Shown: positions 11,926 to 24,635 of the stretch, piece by piece
How positions within the stretch are numbered: the stretch's first letter is position 1
How the letters are laid out: each line of letters begins with the position of its first letter
DNA from: Lepidodermella squamata
Taxonomy: Eukaryota; Animalia; Gastrotricha
Assembly (NCBI GenBank): GCA_047495785.1
Contig: JBLDXI010000024.1
Coordinates: 2,480,001-2,544,000, forward strand
Direction: 5' to 3'
Length of the DNA stretch: 64,000 bases
Notes under the pieces: model-generated
The model's database searches: none
The model's input: the letters and a program-made list of their open reading frames with translations, nothing else
What the model was told of the DNA's origin: nothing
Program-made: the position numbers and the translations under genes

Positions 11926-14499
11926 TTATCGCCCAATTTCGATTTCGCAGATAAAGAAAACCTTCTGATTGCAGGGGCGATCATCCCATCTACCGGTGCC
12001 GACGTTAATGTATACATAACCGCATGTGTCGCCACCGTTCGGCTCTGATGCTTCCCACCACATGCCGGTAACAGGCTCTCCATTTTCCCACGTCGACTTG
12101 GGAACGTTACCGAAAACTCTCATTCCGATCCAATAACCGTTCGGTGTAAAATATTGGCCTGTAATAGGATTTTCCTGAATAATATTGGCGATAAGTTCAA
12201 GAAATCAACTCACCTCCAGCTCGTGCAGCAATCGATCGAACAAACATGTGCTCATCGTAGTTGTTCAGTGTTACCAAATGCCACCCGTTCGACTTGCAGG
12301 CATCGCTTGCATCGTTGTAATTATATATTAGTTGATAATAACGATAGCAACTGCCTTTGTAGTAATAGGGACACCAGTCTTTCATCGACATGGAACATAA
12401 TGGATTTGCCGTAGCTGTGAGATATTCTGTCGTCCAGTCGTAGTTTTCAGATGCACCAGGGACCCTTGAAATGGCCGCATGGGGATACATAACATCGTAG
12501 AATATCTGGTTGTTAGCCCAGTCAGATTCCGCTATAAAAAATTAAGCTAGATCAAGAGGGTTGACAAATCCCTAAACCTACGACACATTGGAACATTGCA
12601 TCTTTCTGCCACTCCGTTATCGCTGCGGTAACACCAAACGCTGTCGTTAAACACGCCGGAATCCGGATTGCGGCAGTAAGATTGAATCTGGTACCATTCG
12701 GGGTATCGCTGCCAGTTACCGCGGTATGGATTGCTGGCATGGTCCCACGTTCTGCAAGCTACCCCACTAACAGTAGTACCCAACGTGCCGTAGTACTCAC
12801 GGCCATTTGGGGTGAATCGGCATTTGTCAGGCCATGACATTGTTATAGCTTTTGATTAACAAAAAGTTTATATCGGCTAAATCGATGTAGATTAGAGTTA
12901 TTACGTGTTTCGCAGACAGAATAGGCTGCACAGCCGTTGCAGTCACATGGGTAGTCGTGCATAGCCCAGAAGCCATAGCCGTCTACAGTAGTCACGCCCC
13001 AATCGTTCGGTATCCTGGCACAATTTTCTCCTGGAGAGTTAACAGCAGGCTGAGGAAAATTTCTACACACAAATCGGGGTAGTTAACAACAGAAAATTTT
13101 TCGAAGCTAGACATACATGTTATACCATTTCCATTGGTCGTAGAAAGGATCAGTTAGGTTTAGAGATTGATCGGCTGTGGTCCAGTAATTTTCGTGGCCT
13201 GTATCTTGAAAATCCACCCAATGTGCAGTGCCGAAGTTCATCGCCATCTGATTGCTGAGCATTTGCTTCATGAAACCTGTTGGACTCACGAGTTTCCCGC
13301 CCATTTTCCGGCAGTTATCCATCGCTGTTTGCATTTGCACACTGCTCCTGTAGGCTGTCAAGCAAACATCGCGGAATCTCACGCCGTGAGGGCACGGGCC
13401 ATCGTTTATATCACGAAAGTCGTAGGCGTACGTGGGCACGGTGTAACCAGTCGCTCGATTGGTGTCAAAGCAAGACCTATATTTGATCCAGCAATTTTTA
13501 TTGGTTTGCCAACTGTAAGAAACGCATCCTAGAGTGGTGCGGCAAGCTTGTTCGCACTCCCTACGAGTTAGCCCAGAAATCGAACGCATATCACCACCGT
13601 TACAGCCATAATTATCTGGTAATGCAGTAGGGGGTCGGTCTTGGTGGACCTTTTCATAAATCCAAACTTCGGCAACATTTACGTTACCAGGCTGGTCGCA
13701 AGATCTCAACTTTGGGCAACACATTGAGGTGAGTTTGTAATAGACGAAAGCCACGCATTGCCCGCCGAGTCGACGATTGCATAATTCAGCGCATTCTGTG
13801 GGGGTCTTAACTTGGCAAGGGCTCAAAATATCGCCACCGGTACACTCGCCACGTCGCTTTATGTAACCAGGGATCTCTTCAACAGCTCGAGGCCATAAGT
13901 TCGAGTCAAACAAAGCGTAGCCAGTCCACCATTTTGATATATCACTGAACTTTGAGTCCAAAATCTGCATCAAAAGAGGATATCTTGACTGATCCTTATA
14001 CAGATTAGGTCAAACTCACTGAGTAAAGCCCGGATCGTTGTTCTGCCGACTGGAACGTAACCAAAGATGAAAAATGCCTTCTTTCACAGGTCTGCCAGGC
14101 TTGATTTCGATTCACAGGGGTGTCATAACCCGTAGCGTAGTAACACATTTTGTTATCCATATCCATCTGCCAATCGCCGGGGCAGAAATTCCGTTTGTAA
14201 AACATTTGGTGCTGGAATTCGAGATCGGGTCTCAATTTCGGCAACGGGGTCAGCAAATCAGGGTGGCGGTAGATTTTGCATGACTGAAACTTCGCACTGT
14301 ACGCTACACTGTCGCAATTTTTGACCTGGCAGTAGTATAAACATTCGCCTTCTGTAGTCGTTTTCACCTCGTAAAGCGCCGTTAAATTAACGGGTAGGCG
14401 ATTAGCGAAATCCTGCGATTTTACCCAATCTTCGTTACCGCTATCCGAAAACACCACAGATAACAGGCTCAAAACTATCAAGCAAGTGGATAGAGCCAT
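11926..14499 (-). CDS. Secreted mosaic lectin, paralog A (same architecture); ~6 exons
   Basis: Signal MALSTCLIVLSLLSVVFS. Intron 13965-14019 (GT-AG, 55 nt). Terminal CTL with EPN/WDD ending FFICEIEIGR*. Confidence 0.87.
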
Positions 14500-14718
14500 G
14501 GTGCGCCCTGAAAAATTGAAACACTTTATGACTTTGTTTTCGAAGACTCAACATCTTCTTAAATATTCAAGGCGCAAATATGTAGCTATTGACGACATTC
14601 TTTTCGTGCTTCATCAAAGTTTAAAGAGTCAGTATTCAAACAGTCGCTTCATTGTTTCGAATTGACTTCTCTTTAAGGAAATGATTCATGTGGTAAAAAT
14701 TAGAATTTTTGGCGATTA

Positions 14719-16252
14719 TTAGGACATAACCGGAGAAGAGATCACTACAACACTGAATATTGCAAAAATGACTGCGAATAAAAAGCTATTTCGTTTAGTC
14801 GGTGATCCTCCACGTAGAGCCCAATCCACGGTTTCTTCATATTGCTCAGAAAGGAGGCCCTCAGTGTGCACGAAAATTGCTACAGGGGAACCAGTCCCGC
14901 CCTCAACGCGAAGATGCACCAGCAAGCATTTCGACACAGGGTTGACTTTCGGCTCGGTGAACAAGTTCGGCAGTCGATCGACCTGTCCGACATTTTCTAT
15001 GCCGACAAAGTCATCCTTCGCAAGAGCCACATGGGTGCCAAACCGCCTCGCACCTATCGAGCCGTCCGTACTTAACGTATCGATTCCAATGCCGTAAACT
15101 CTTCGATTCTATTGTTTCAAGTTATTAATCTTTTAAGACGGATTATTTTTAACTTACTGCAACCAGCCATCGCGCCGCATCTGGATCGATGCCCATGTAT
15201 TTGACTTCTTTTGTGTTCAAGTCCTGTGTGTACTCTGCCGCATTCGGCCACCGTCGATTCGTGCCTGTATCAACAAACACGTAAGAACCCTCCGGGATGT
15301 TGTAGCCAGTTCGAAATTCCCATTCTCGAAATACATTCACGCCAACTAGCATGTTAGGCGTTTGGTTGTACTGCTGAACCCGAATGCAGGGTACAAACAT
15401 GCGATCATCGGCTAGTTGTTCCGTAGTCGAGCCGTCCTCAGAAATGTGATAGGGTGCATCGATATGGGTGCCGTAGTGTTCGGGGAATCGGACAAAGCCA
15501 TCGCCTTTCAATTCAGGGGGTCTAATGCCAGGGTAGAGGGGTAAATTCTTCCCCATAAAGTCATGGTTCAGCAACTCCAATCGCCGCCCTGGTTTTCTAA
15601 TACACCTCTGAGTGTTTTTTCCGTGGTCTATCAACACCAGGTTAGCTAGAAGAGGAAGATCTCCAGAATATCGATTGAGTAATTCAAAGAGCAGCATGTA
15701 GCCGGAATAGGTAGCCGGCCTGTTACCTAACAACTCATGCGGAACGAGGTTGGAAATGATCATAATTTCCCGGGATAACAATTTCGCTTCGGCTGCTTTA
15801 GACAGGCCTCGTCCTACAAAAGTGCCAACGATAACTATTGACCTAGTGAATAGGTCCACCGTGTCCTGATCTAGGTCATCGACCGGGTTAGCAAATAGTA
15901 CAACTGTCCATTGCTCGCGGAGGTAAATCCAGCTTAAACTACGTCTCGTTATAAAAGGCTGGTTATCGGGCACGAAAAAAACCGGCATGCAGCCTTTAGC
16001 TGAGAATGGAATGATGTCTTTGTACTTGATAATCGTAGCATTCGATCGTTGTAGATGCACGGATAGGTAATTGGTTTTCACGCGTAATTTAGGACTGTCG
16101 CCTAATTGATAGCCGTCGTGGATTGTTGGCTCGATGGCGACGAAATCGCCTGGCCTTATCACCCGGCCTAATTCGATTACACGATAGTCCAGTGCGAGGG
16201 TGTCATAAAAAAATGCGATGGCTAATAAAATCACAATCGCAAGTTGTGCCAT
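14719..16252 (-). CDS. Secreted, probably GPI-anchored cyclase-family metallohydrolase (kynurenine formamidase KynB/isatin hydrolase-like) with a degenerate N-terminal repeat; 2 exons (intron 15109-15157)
   Basis: HYGTHIDAPYH fits the HxGTHxDxPxH metal motif. GIGIDTLS, IEN and GTGSP motifs are in exon 2. N-terminal signal MAQLAIVILLAIAFF and a hydrophobic C-terminal tail. Confidence 0.85.
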
Positions 16253-16377
16253 TCGATGGCCTGACAAGATAACTCACATAATTTCCTATTTGAGAAAGAA
16301 AATTTACACATCTAAATATGAATGGAAATGCGCCCTAATTAAATGTTAATAATTAAAATATCATTAATAAGCCTATA

Positions 16378-16565
16378 CAGGGTGGCCAAAAAATTCCGCA
16401 GAAGGCGAATTCGATGCGCATCAATTTAATTCAAATTTAATTTAATTCAAGAAATTGAGGAGTTCCATTGGAAAAAGAATGCTTGAAATTCTTCAACTTC
16501 TTAAAACTCCTCATTAAATTGATGCGCATCGAATTTGCCTTCTGCGGAATTTTTTGGCCACCATG
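16378..16565. mobile_element. Tc1/mariner-type MITE, 188 bp, TA target-site duplication
   Basis: TA|cagggtggccaaaaaattccgcagaagg...ccttctgcggaattttttggccaccatg|TA, with ~52-bp near-perfect TIRs. Confidence 0.85.
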
Positions 16566-18699
16566 TAAAATAAGCCTACAATATAATATTGAAATTTAGG
16601 GTGGATGACATGAATATAAAAATTAAAAAAAAGCGAATTTTATCTCAAAAATTAGTGTATAAAATTTGATGCTTCAAATTTTAAAACTAATTTGCCTACG
16701 AAGCCATTGTGAAATTTAAGGGCATTTTATGTGAAAAATCGAAATTTTTTGACTTGCAGTCAAAAAGATGAAATAGTTTGGAAAATTGGAATTTTCTCAT
16801 ATTTTCTGTCTTCAAAAATGGAGAAAGCATTCAGTTAACGGATATTGTGGATTGTTATTTTTGAGGAGTTTTCAATTTCCGTTTCCGGAAATGACCAAGT
16901 CTGAATTAACCTCAAATTTGTACTCTCAGAGCCTTATTTATTGAGGCTGGTTTGAAAGATTATGAGAAATGAAAGATAGAAAAAAAGAAAATTATCACTT
17001 CAAATTAAGAAATTAAAAGGGGAAACTAGGTCATCCGAATTTTCGCGCGTTCTATTATTTCGAGCAAATGATATTGCAAGGCGATATCATGGTGGGTAAG
17101 GAAGAGCGAAAGGAGCCCGCGAGGCGCCGCCGTCAAACATTGCCAGCCGCCAGCATTATAGGCACTTATTGCATTAGCGACATAATACGCGGCCGTGTTA
17201 TGTTGTATAACATAATTTATACACAATTGGGACCGCGCGACGCGTGTAATAGCTATCTAGCACTTCAGCGAAAGCGGCTTTTCGCCAATAAACTTTGCCA
17301 TTTGCGAGGCAAGAGCCCCGGAGAGCGGCGCGGCGCAGCTACAGTAATAGCCGGCTCGTGTGTTGTAATTTGATTTGAGCGCGCATCTTGAATTTTTAAT
17401 AATTTCTCTTATCTTTTTTGCGGCTGATGCCCGCGTGCTATGTAAATTTTAGTGGCTCCGATGATACCGTCATCATCGTGTATTATAGAAGTTGTCGCTG
17501 CCGTCGCCGGCTATAATCTGTTAATTGCTTACTTACTAAGAAATGAGTGCAAAAGGCTACAACATATATTATGCGACCTTAAAATCACTGCGCCGTGCTG
17601 CTCGACTTAATCAAGCTTGCGAAATTTTTACCTGGGGCTACAATGTATGAGAATGACATCAAAAAACATGATTTTTTTTAGTCTATCGTAGGGCAAAGCA
17701 ATAAACGTATCGATCAGCTAATGTTGTGTGAAACCGGAAGAAAACAAATAAAGGCGAGAAAATTGCTCTTTTCTAAGAAAACGCAAATGGGTCATTTTCG
17801 CAGGTTCAATTAGGCTGTCCTTTCTAGGACAAATCTAATGCTGACCCCCTTGCGCCACAGACGTACCAGGACGCAGCGGCTTCGAAGCTCCCGTTATCCG
17901 GGTTTGCGTAGAAAATCACGTGATGTGTTTAGCATAAGTGTGCATAATAATTACTTTCGATGGCAAATTTTTGTTTTTATTAAAAAATAAAATTGCCATC
18001 GATAGAGAAAACCTTTTATTGGTATACTGTGTTATATACAAACTATAACATTGCCTTTTATAATATATAATTTTATAATTATAATTGAAAACAGAATAAC
18101 TGATATTTTCGCGGCCCGCCGTTTTCTTGAAGATCGAGATCTTCATGCCGCTGCAAAAAAGCTGATCTTTGCGTAAATACGTGATTTTCATGAATGAGAT
18201 TTTTTGCTGGTCGCAGAAGAAAAATAACGTTCGCTACTAATGAGGTTATTTTTAGCTACAACGACCTTCGGACCTTATTGAAAAATAACACAAAAATCAG
18301 GCATTTATATCGAGGCGCTGCGTCCTGCCTTACGAGAAATATACCGGAAATCGTGATAAAAAAGTTAAAAAAAAAATGGATTTAAAAAAATTATTATTAT
18401 TAGGTCTAATTACGATGACGTAATAAACCGCATGAAGTTTGTGCAAATGTAACCCGTGTTACCTGGGTTAAAGTTATAGTGTCTCTGTCAAGGTTGTTTA
18501 CATTTATGTAGGTACATGTAAGTGGCAGAACTTGCCCTTTGTATTATAATCCATTTTCCTCAATGATTGTTAACCTTAAATTCTGTAATTATTTTTGATT
18601 GAATTTGGAAAATAAAATACAATACAATACAATACAGTTGTAAGCTACAACAAGACTACTCTTTTCAAGTCCTTATAATATTTATTCTCAATCTATATA

Positions 18700-19393
18700 C
18701 CGTAACGAGTGGTAACTTTGGACAAAACGTGTTTTTCGAACATTAAAAATCAGCCTTTGCTCCTAAATTTCAGAAATTTTTACCAAAGGTGGGGACGGTG
18801 ATTCTTGAATTTACTGCAAATTCTAGAAATTTTTAGAATTCTACCTGACCTTTGGCTAATTAATATGTGTTCCGGTAACTTTGGACAATTAGAGGGTAGT
18901 TTTGGACACTCATTTGCATATGCAATTTCATTGCAATTTCATTGTGAATTATCTATTATTCATGGTTTTTTATTTAATCTTGGGTCAGATTTCGGAAAAA
19001 ATTATGAACAGATGGCGCATCATCTGTTTCTCGGAAGTCCAATAAAAATACGTTTCTGCGCAGCAGCATACTTAACCCGTCCAAAACTGTCCAAAATTAC
19101 CCCAATTTTCACCTGTTTTTCAGGTAAATGTCCTGCTAAAACGCGTCGACGGATTGTCATTTTTTCTTCGATTATAGGGAGAGTAAATATAGGAGAATGC
19201 TCGTGCTTGCAACTTTTTCTGAAATCCGATTTCAGCTCCAATCGTCTTGATTTTTATTTCAAACGAAAGCTGAGGAGACGGAGAATTTTATGCAAAAACC
19301 CCCATGATTTAAACGTTCAAGCCTGAAAAGCTAAACACCTGCAAAGCCGAAAGTGTCCAAAGTTACCGTGTCCACAATCACCACACGTTACGG
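18700..19393. mobile_element. Non-autonomous Tc1/pogo-type DNA transposon, 694 bp, TA TSD
   Basis: TA|ccgtaacgagtggtaactttggaca ... tgtccacaatcaccacacgttacgg|TA. Internal copies of the ggtaactttggaca motif occur in both orientations (~18874, ~19089, ~19355). Confidence 0.8.
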
Positions 19394-20362
19394 TATCTGG
19401 AGAAAAACAGAGCACTGCCTGATAATTCCTATCGACAGGAGCATGCAGTCGATTTCCTTTATTAAATCGAGATGATAATTACGGTGGGCTACCTGCGCTC
19501 AACCGGATCTAAACGCTTGTCAGATTAAATCACAAGTGCGCGCGGTTAATGATAAATCGATCATTAACGTTGGTAGCCGCGATAAACAGGTTGGTAATAA
19601 AACATGCATTAAGGTGGTTACTGAGTGGCTGCGCCTAAGCACGCCGCTACACAAACTTTTCGCGAATTGTTGTTACTATTAGAAATTTTTAAGGCGAATT
19701 TTGCAATATAGGTAGGCATTTGGTGTGTAGACGAGTTTCCTGGAAAGGTCCTCCTTTTAACGATACCGAATTAATTGTGAGAGGAAGCTAAGTTATCAAT
19801 TTTCTAGGGGCCTGAAATCACTTTTCAAATACTTTTTTGCGGGTCAAGATTGGCAGCAGCATTAAATCTAAAAATTCCCCAGTAAATTCAGCGTGAAATT
19901 CTCTATAAATCGACCAAGTTCGAATCAACCTCAAATTTTTCCTCACAGGGCCATATTTATTCAATTCAGAACTCATGCTTCGTCTTAGTTATTCTTAGAG
20001 GGAAAAATTTTGGTAGGAAAACCTGGGTTCAGGGTTCCAGGTATGAGCTAAAATAACAATTACCCCGAGGCTGTATTAGGGCGCATCCAGAAAGGAAGAA
20101 ATGCCAGAAAAAAGGAAAGCAAGTCGAAAAATTCGCTTTAATGCTCAGAATCAGCGCTTAGTTTAAAATGCAACATTTAAAAAAATTCTCTGAATAATAT
20201 GAACGACAATTTTTATTCTAATTGGTTGAAAAGTAGCCAAAGTGACAGAAAATTACAGACTAATCAAAACAACGGCATTCATAAATATTTATACCAGGCA
20301 AAAAAACATGTCTCATTTTTACAAAAAAACTGCGCATTTTTCGTCACATGATTGGTAAAAAA

Positions 20363-22705
20363 TTAATTACTCCGAATGATCGATAGCGCCTTCTCGATGG
20401 ACAATCTAGCTGTGAGCATTTGTACCATGGCTATCGACAGACCTGAGCTAAGTAATAAGCCAAATGAAGCAACAATGTCTTGAACTCGTGGATTTCTAGC
20501 TACAATCAGCGCTAGAATCACTGCTACCAGAAGAGTCGCTTGATTAACAACTGTCAGCCTAATGCCCTTCAAACCCGGTACATCAGTCACCTTGCGCAAC
20601 TCGTAGATGTACATGGCGCTTCCGATAAGGAGGATTGCATTTAGCGCGGCTATAATTGCTTGGTAAATCATGTCATTATCCGAGTAGCAAATGCCGACGG
20701 CGTAGTCAAGAATCGTGTCGGTTTCATCGAAAAACACGCGGTTTCTCTCGACAGTGATTTCAGAATAGTACGGCGGGTCGCGAATCAGCCAAACCCCAAG
20801 GACAAGGCTCATTAACATTGTGAAAATCAAACTGAAAATCACTGCTTTGACACTTGACTTCTCATAATTTGGCTCTTTCGCAGGCGGATTCGAAGTTCGA
20901 TGCAGATCACTCTTACGATGCGACTGAAGATTACTCCCATCACTATTTCGGTGGGAGCTTGACCTTTTCTTCACAGCCTTTTCCGATCTGGCCGTTTCCA
21001 AAGCCCTGAGTCGAAAGAATAAAAACGAGTGGAGTAGTGTTATTCCAATAGCTGCGAAGGCATATCTTGCCAGGCATAACGAATTCTGATTCAGAACATC
21101 CCTCTTCGAGGTGGAAGATAAAACTGAAGATAAGTTCATCGAAATCACTCCTGGGGTGAAGACGAGAACCTTAGCGAATGGCAATTCCTTGGCAATGCTC
21201 GCATCTTTTCTACCCATTACCTGAGCTTTAGAGACGAAGCAAGTGACCAGCGAGAATATAACGGCTAATATCAGAGAAATCGCGAAACAAACTGTTGGCA
21301 CATCGTAAAATTCCGATAGGATCGTTATGCCATCATTCGGCGGTTTCCCATTGTAGGTAGGCCAATTGATCGATTTCAGTTCCCGGTAGTTGTAGTCGGA
21401 CATTTTGTAGCTCGTCGCGTTCCTCTTACGAGTTATCTCTGCAAACACTTCGTAGTTGTTTATTTTCCTTGACCAACGAAAAACGTAACTCGGTTCGAAA
21501 TCCATTTCCAAGCGTTGGGAGTATACTACAGGACCCACCCTCATACCAGTGAAAGAAACCTTCCCAGCTGAGGCGTTCACAATAGGAATGACTTGTTTAG
21601 GTTTGTCTTTGTAGTCTCTTAGTGTTAAGTTGTTTTCCTTCAGCTTTCGATCAGCCAGGTCTAGAGTAAGGATACCCTGTAGTGCTACGTCATAACAAAG
21701 ATGGCGCCGGTCGTAGTCACCCCTTCTCGACCCATTCATCGCTACATCAGCAGCTACCTCCAGCTGATCAACATCTAACCCGAGATATGACGAGGGACCG
21801 TGATTCTTCACAGCTATAAAGGCCTGTCCTACTACAAAAACATGCTCCATGGTCGATCGGAACATCTCAGGGGTACAACCGGTTGGTAGGGCTGGTAATG
21901 GGTCCATAACCGGTTGAACCCTGGCGTCTATTACTATCACATATTTCGGCCCTGTGAGACCGAATTGGTTCAACAGGCAAATAAACTTGAGGGTAGGCCC
22001 CAACTCGGAAAATTCCCCGGTTATGATTCGAGCCCCGCTGTCTTTCAACATTTGCATTGAAACTTCGTCAGGGTCGATGAAAGCGTTGTAGAAAATTAGC
22101 TCGAACCCCGCTTCAGGGCTGATTTGGTAGAAGACATTGCCGAGGAAGAAGTTGAAAATGTTGCCGGCATGCATGAATACGGCAATCTTCTTCCAAACGG
22201 GTTGTTTTGCCATGAAGATCGCACGTTGAATGGATGTAACCTCGCCGGGACTCCGGACTCGGTAGAAATTGGGATATACCTTCCGATTTCCCGTTATCTC
22301 AGGGACCAAACAAGCTAGGGCGATAGTTATCATATCAAGATGATGAACAGTTTTGCCGTAGCTCATACATCCCCCGGTATAGGTTGGTCCTAGAGTCACA
22401 GGCGACTGGTAAACGAAAGGGGCGGAGTCGAAGGTTCGGTTGAATCTCACGGCATTCCCAACAGTTTGAGCACCTCCAGTTGTTTCGTCCTGGAAATCGA
22501 ACTCGAGGTGATAGTCCGGCAGTAGATCAGTTCGGTTGTTGGCCATATTAGCGACTATTTCCATGACAGCTCGACAGTGCTTGCCGTCCCTCGGCGCGCC
22601 ACCTGTGAAAGGAATTGTCGCCAACATTCGCATACGATACGGCTTGATCTGTTGCTGCCCAACACACAGACCAAAGAGGACGAAAGCCTCAATTTTCAAA
22701 AGCAT
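20363..22705 (-). CDS. Divergent class C GPCR (GABA-B-like: Venus flytrap + 7TM, no Cys-rich domain), intronless
   Basis: 780-aa ORF with a signal peptide, ANNRTDLLPDYHL, YPNFYR, LKDSGARII and GLTGPKYV flytrap motifs, and seven hydrophobic segments. Confidence 0.9.
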   Translation of the reverse strand: MLLKIEAFVLFGLCVGQQQIKPYRMRMLATIPFTGGAPRDGKHCRAVMEIVANMANNRTDLLPDYHLEFDFQDETTGGAQTVGNAVRFNRTFDSAPFVYQSPVTLGPTYTGGCMSYGKTVHHLDMITIALACLVPEITGNRKVYPNFYRVRSPGEVTSIQRAIFMAKQPVWKKIAVFMHAGNIFNFFLGNVFYQISPEAGFELIFYNAFIDPDEVSMQMLKDSGARIITGEFSELGPTLKFICLLNQFGLTGPKYVIVIDARVQPVMDPLPALPTGCTPEMFRSTMEHVFVVGQAFIAVKNHGPSSYLGLDVDQLEVAADVAMNGSRRGDYDRRHLCYDVALQGILTLDLADRKLKENNLTLRDYKDKPKQVIPIVNASAGKVSFTGMRVGPVVYSQRLEMDFEPSYVFRWSRKINNYEVFAEITRKRNATSYKMSDYNYRELKSINWPTYNGKPPNDGITILSEFYDVPTVCFAISLILAVIFSLVTCFVSKAQVMGRKDASIAKELPFAKVLVFTPGVISMNLSSVLSSTSKRDVLNQNSLCLARYAFAAIGITLLHSFLFFRLRALETARSEKAVKKRSSSHRNSDGSNLQSHRKSDLHRTSNPPAKEPNYEKSSVKAVIFSLIFTMLMSLVLGVWLIRDPPYYSEITVERNRVFFDETDTILDYAVGICYSDNDMIYQAIIAALNAILLIGSAMYIYELRKVTDVPGLKGIRLTVVNQATLLVAVILALIVARNPRVQDIVASFGLLLSSGLSIAMVQMLTARLSIEKALSIIRSN

Positions 22706-24635
22706 TGCTATTACAATTTTTGATCCAGACGAGTTTAAGTGTAGAGCGATGTGCGATACCTTCGATGTGCATTTGTGGGGAATGCTGGACTGATTTGTTT
22801 AATGGGTTGTTAAGTTTAATCGCGTGATGCTCTTTCGAGTAATTAGGATTTTCGCTGGGACGCCTTGATTGCTTCTTATTCGATCGCATTTTTTGTGGAC
22901 TATTTTATCCCAAATCCTAATAAATAAAGATGTTCACCTGCTAGGAAAGTCTCAGTTTGAAAGCTGAAAGATGATTAAATGGATATGTAATGTAGCCTCT
23001 GTCAAGGCATAGTTTTTACTTCTATCATTGTAAATTTATCCAACTAAAAGCGCGGCTTTATCGTCCAGGCCTATCCTACAAAGTCAAAATGTTCTCCGTC
23101 CGGTTTAACTGTCGTTAGCAGGCAAGTATCACGCATCGCCACTTGCATAGCGGAAAAATGAAGATACAATAACCCATAGAATTGAATGCCACACTAGGCG
23201 AAATTAACTACAAATTTGCAGTAACCTTAAAACGATCTAAATTCAGCAAAAAGTCGCATGCAGATTGATCAGCCGACCGCGACCAATACTCCGCCTTGCT
23301 TCATAAATATTTTGACCAATAAGCTTTTTGAATAAATAATGATATGCCACAGGACTTTTTTTAACGGGAGTGACTGAACCAGAACCACATGACAAGCAAA
23401 AGGCGGCTAAAATATGTTGAATCGCAGCAAGGTTTTGGTTACGGCCATCTGTCTAATCAGCAAGTGACTTTTCGCTGAACTAAAAACTCAATTTTAATAA
23501 CAACTGTTTTTGCAACTCTTAACTGGTCAAATATCGTCTGTCGTTTTTGTCATCCGCCAGCAAGAAGTCCTCATTAACTTAAATTTTCCATCAATCAACA
23601 TCGCAACAGTACGTTGAAATTAAGGCTCACCGAAATCTGACAGGTATACGCTTCATGACAAAGCGTCATCAGGGTTGGACCGCACACAAAATCAGGTCCT
23701 CATTTCAATGAAAGTGAACAGTCGATATAACCTATATATGTAATGAATTGGACGCTGGCCATCTTCATTTCTTGCTTTTGCTTGATCTTAAACAATAGAG
23801 TAGCAGCTACAATAGATGTTAATTCCGTGCATTTCATTGAAATGAGTGAGTTTTTCTTGCATATCAGAGCTTTCGTTCAACGACTTTTCCTTTCGCAGAG
23901 AACTACGTCAGATGGCTGATAGTTCGCAATGACTTCAAAGCGCTAAGCGGGATTGCCCGATCAGTAAGAGATGGTGTTCTACGTCGCCGCATGGAAAGGT
24001 GCATCGCCCAGCTTGGATCGAGGGCCGTTTGCGATAACAACGTTGCCTTCTACATCTGGGCTCAAATGCTTGCTCGAAGAATTATGGCTGGGGAATGAAA
24101 ACTGCTGCCAAAACAAATCAATTTTAATCGCGTTGATTCGCTGCACAATGTTAAAGAGTCAATAGTGAATGTTAGAGCTGGACTCTCTTGATCAGTAACA
24201 CGTAACACTTTAAGCTGTAGCATTCTTCGGAATTCAGTTCGTGTAAATTGATCAAGTTCATCTGAAATTAAAATTCTTCACCTTTCGTTTTCTCACAAAA
24301 AAAATTATATTCAATCTCCATGATGGACAAATTGGCATTTTATCTGAAGTGTTTTGGTATTTGTTGTGCTTTATTCTAATCTCTGATCTCTGAGAATTCA
24401 TGCTGATTAAAATACAATCTGATAGCTTAATGCTGATTTTGTTCATCGAGTAGAGTCGACAATTTTTCCGGTCAAAATGTAATGTATGGGACATAAAAAC
24501 AATTCCATTAATCCAATTACTGTAAATTGTACTGAACTTCTGATCAACACGCGTGGGTTTATATGCGTGATACGTGGTTGTCATAATATGAACATACAAT
24601 TATCTGCGGTATTGTAGATTGTAGATATGTAGGTC

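Noticed and set aside
17026-18385. Several short ORFs in the intergenic region
   Set aside because: No domain or splice-supported structure, and composition is typical of non-coding DNA.
18805-19326. 173-aa ORF
   Set aside because: It lies inside a non-autonomous DNA transposon, has a non-ATG start and shows no transposase motifs.
23699-23846. 15-bp inverted repeat (ctcatttcaatgaaa) about 120 bp apart
   Set aside because: Short and AT-rich with no TSD, so insufficient to call an element.
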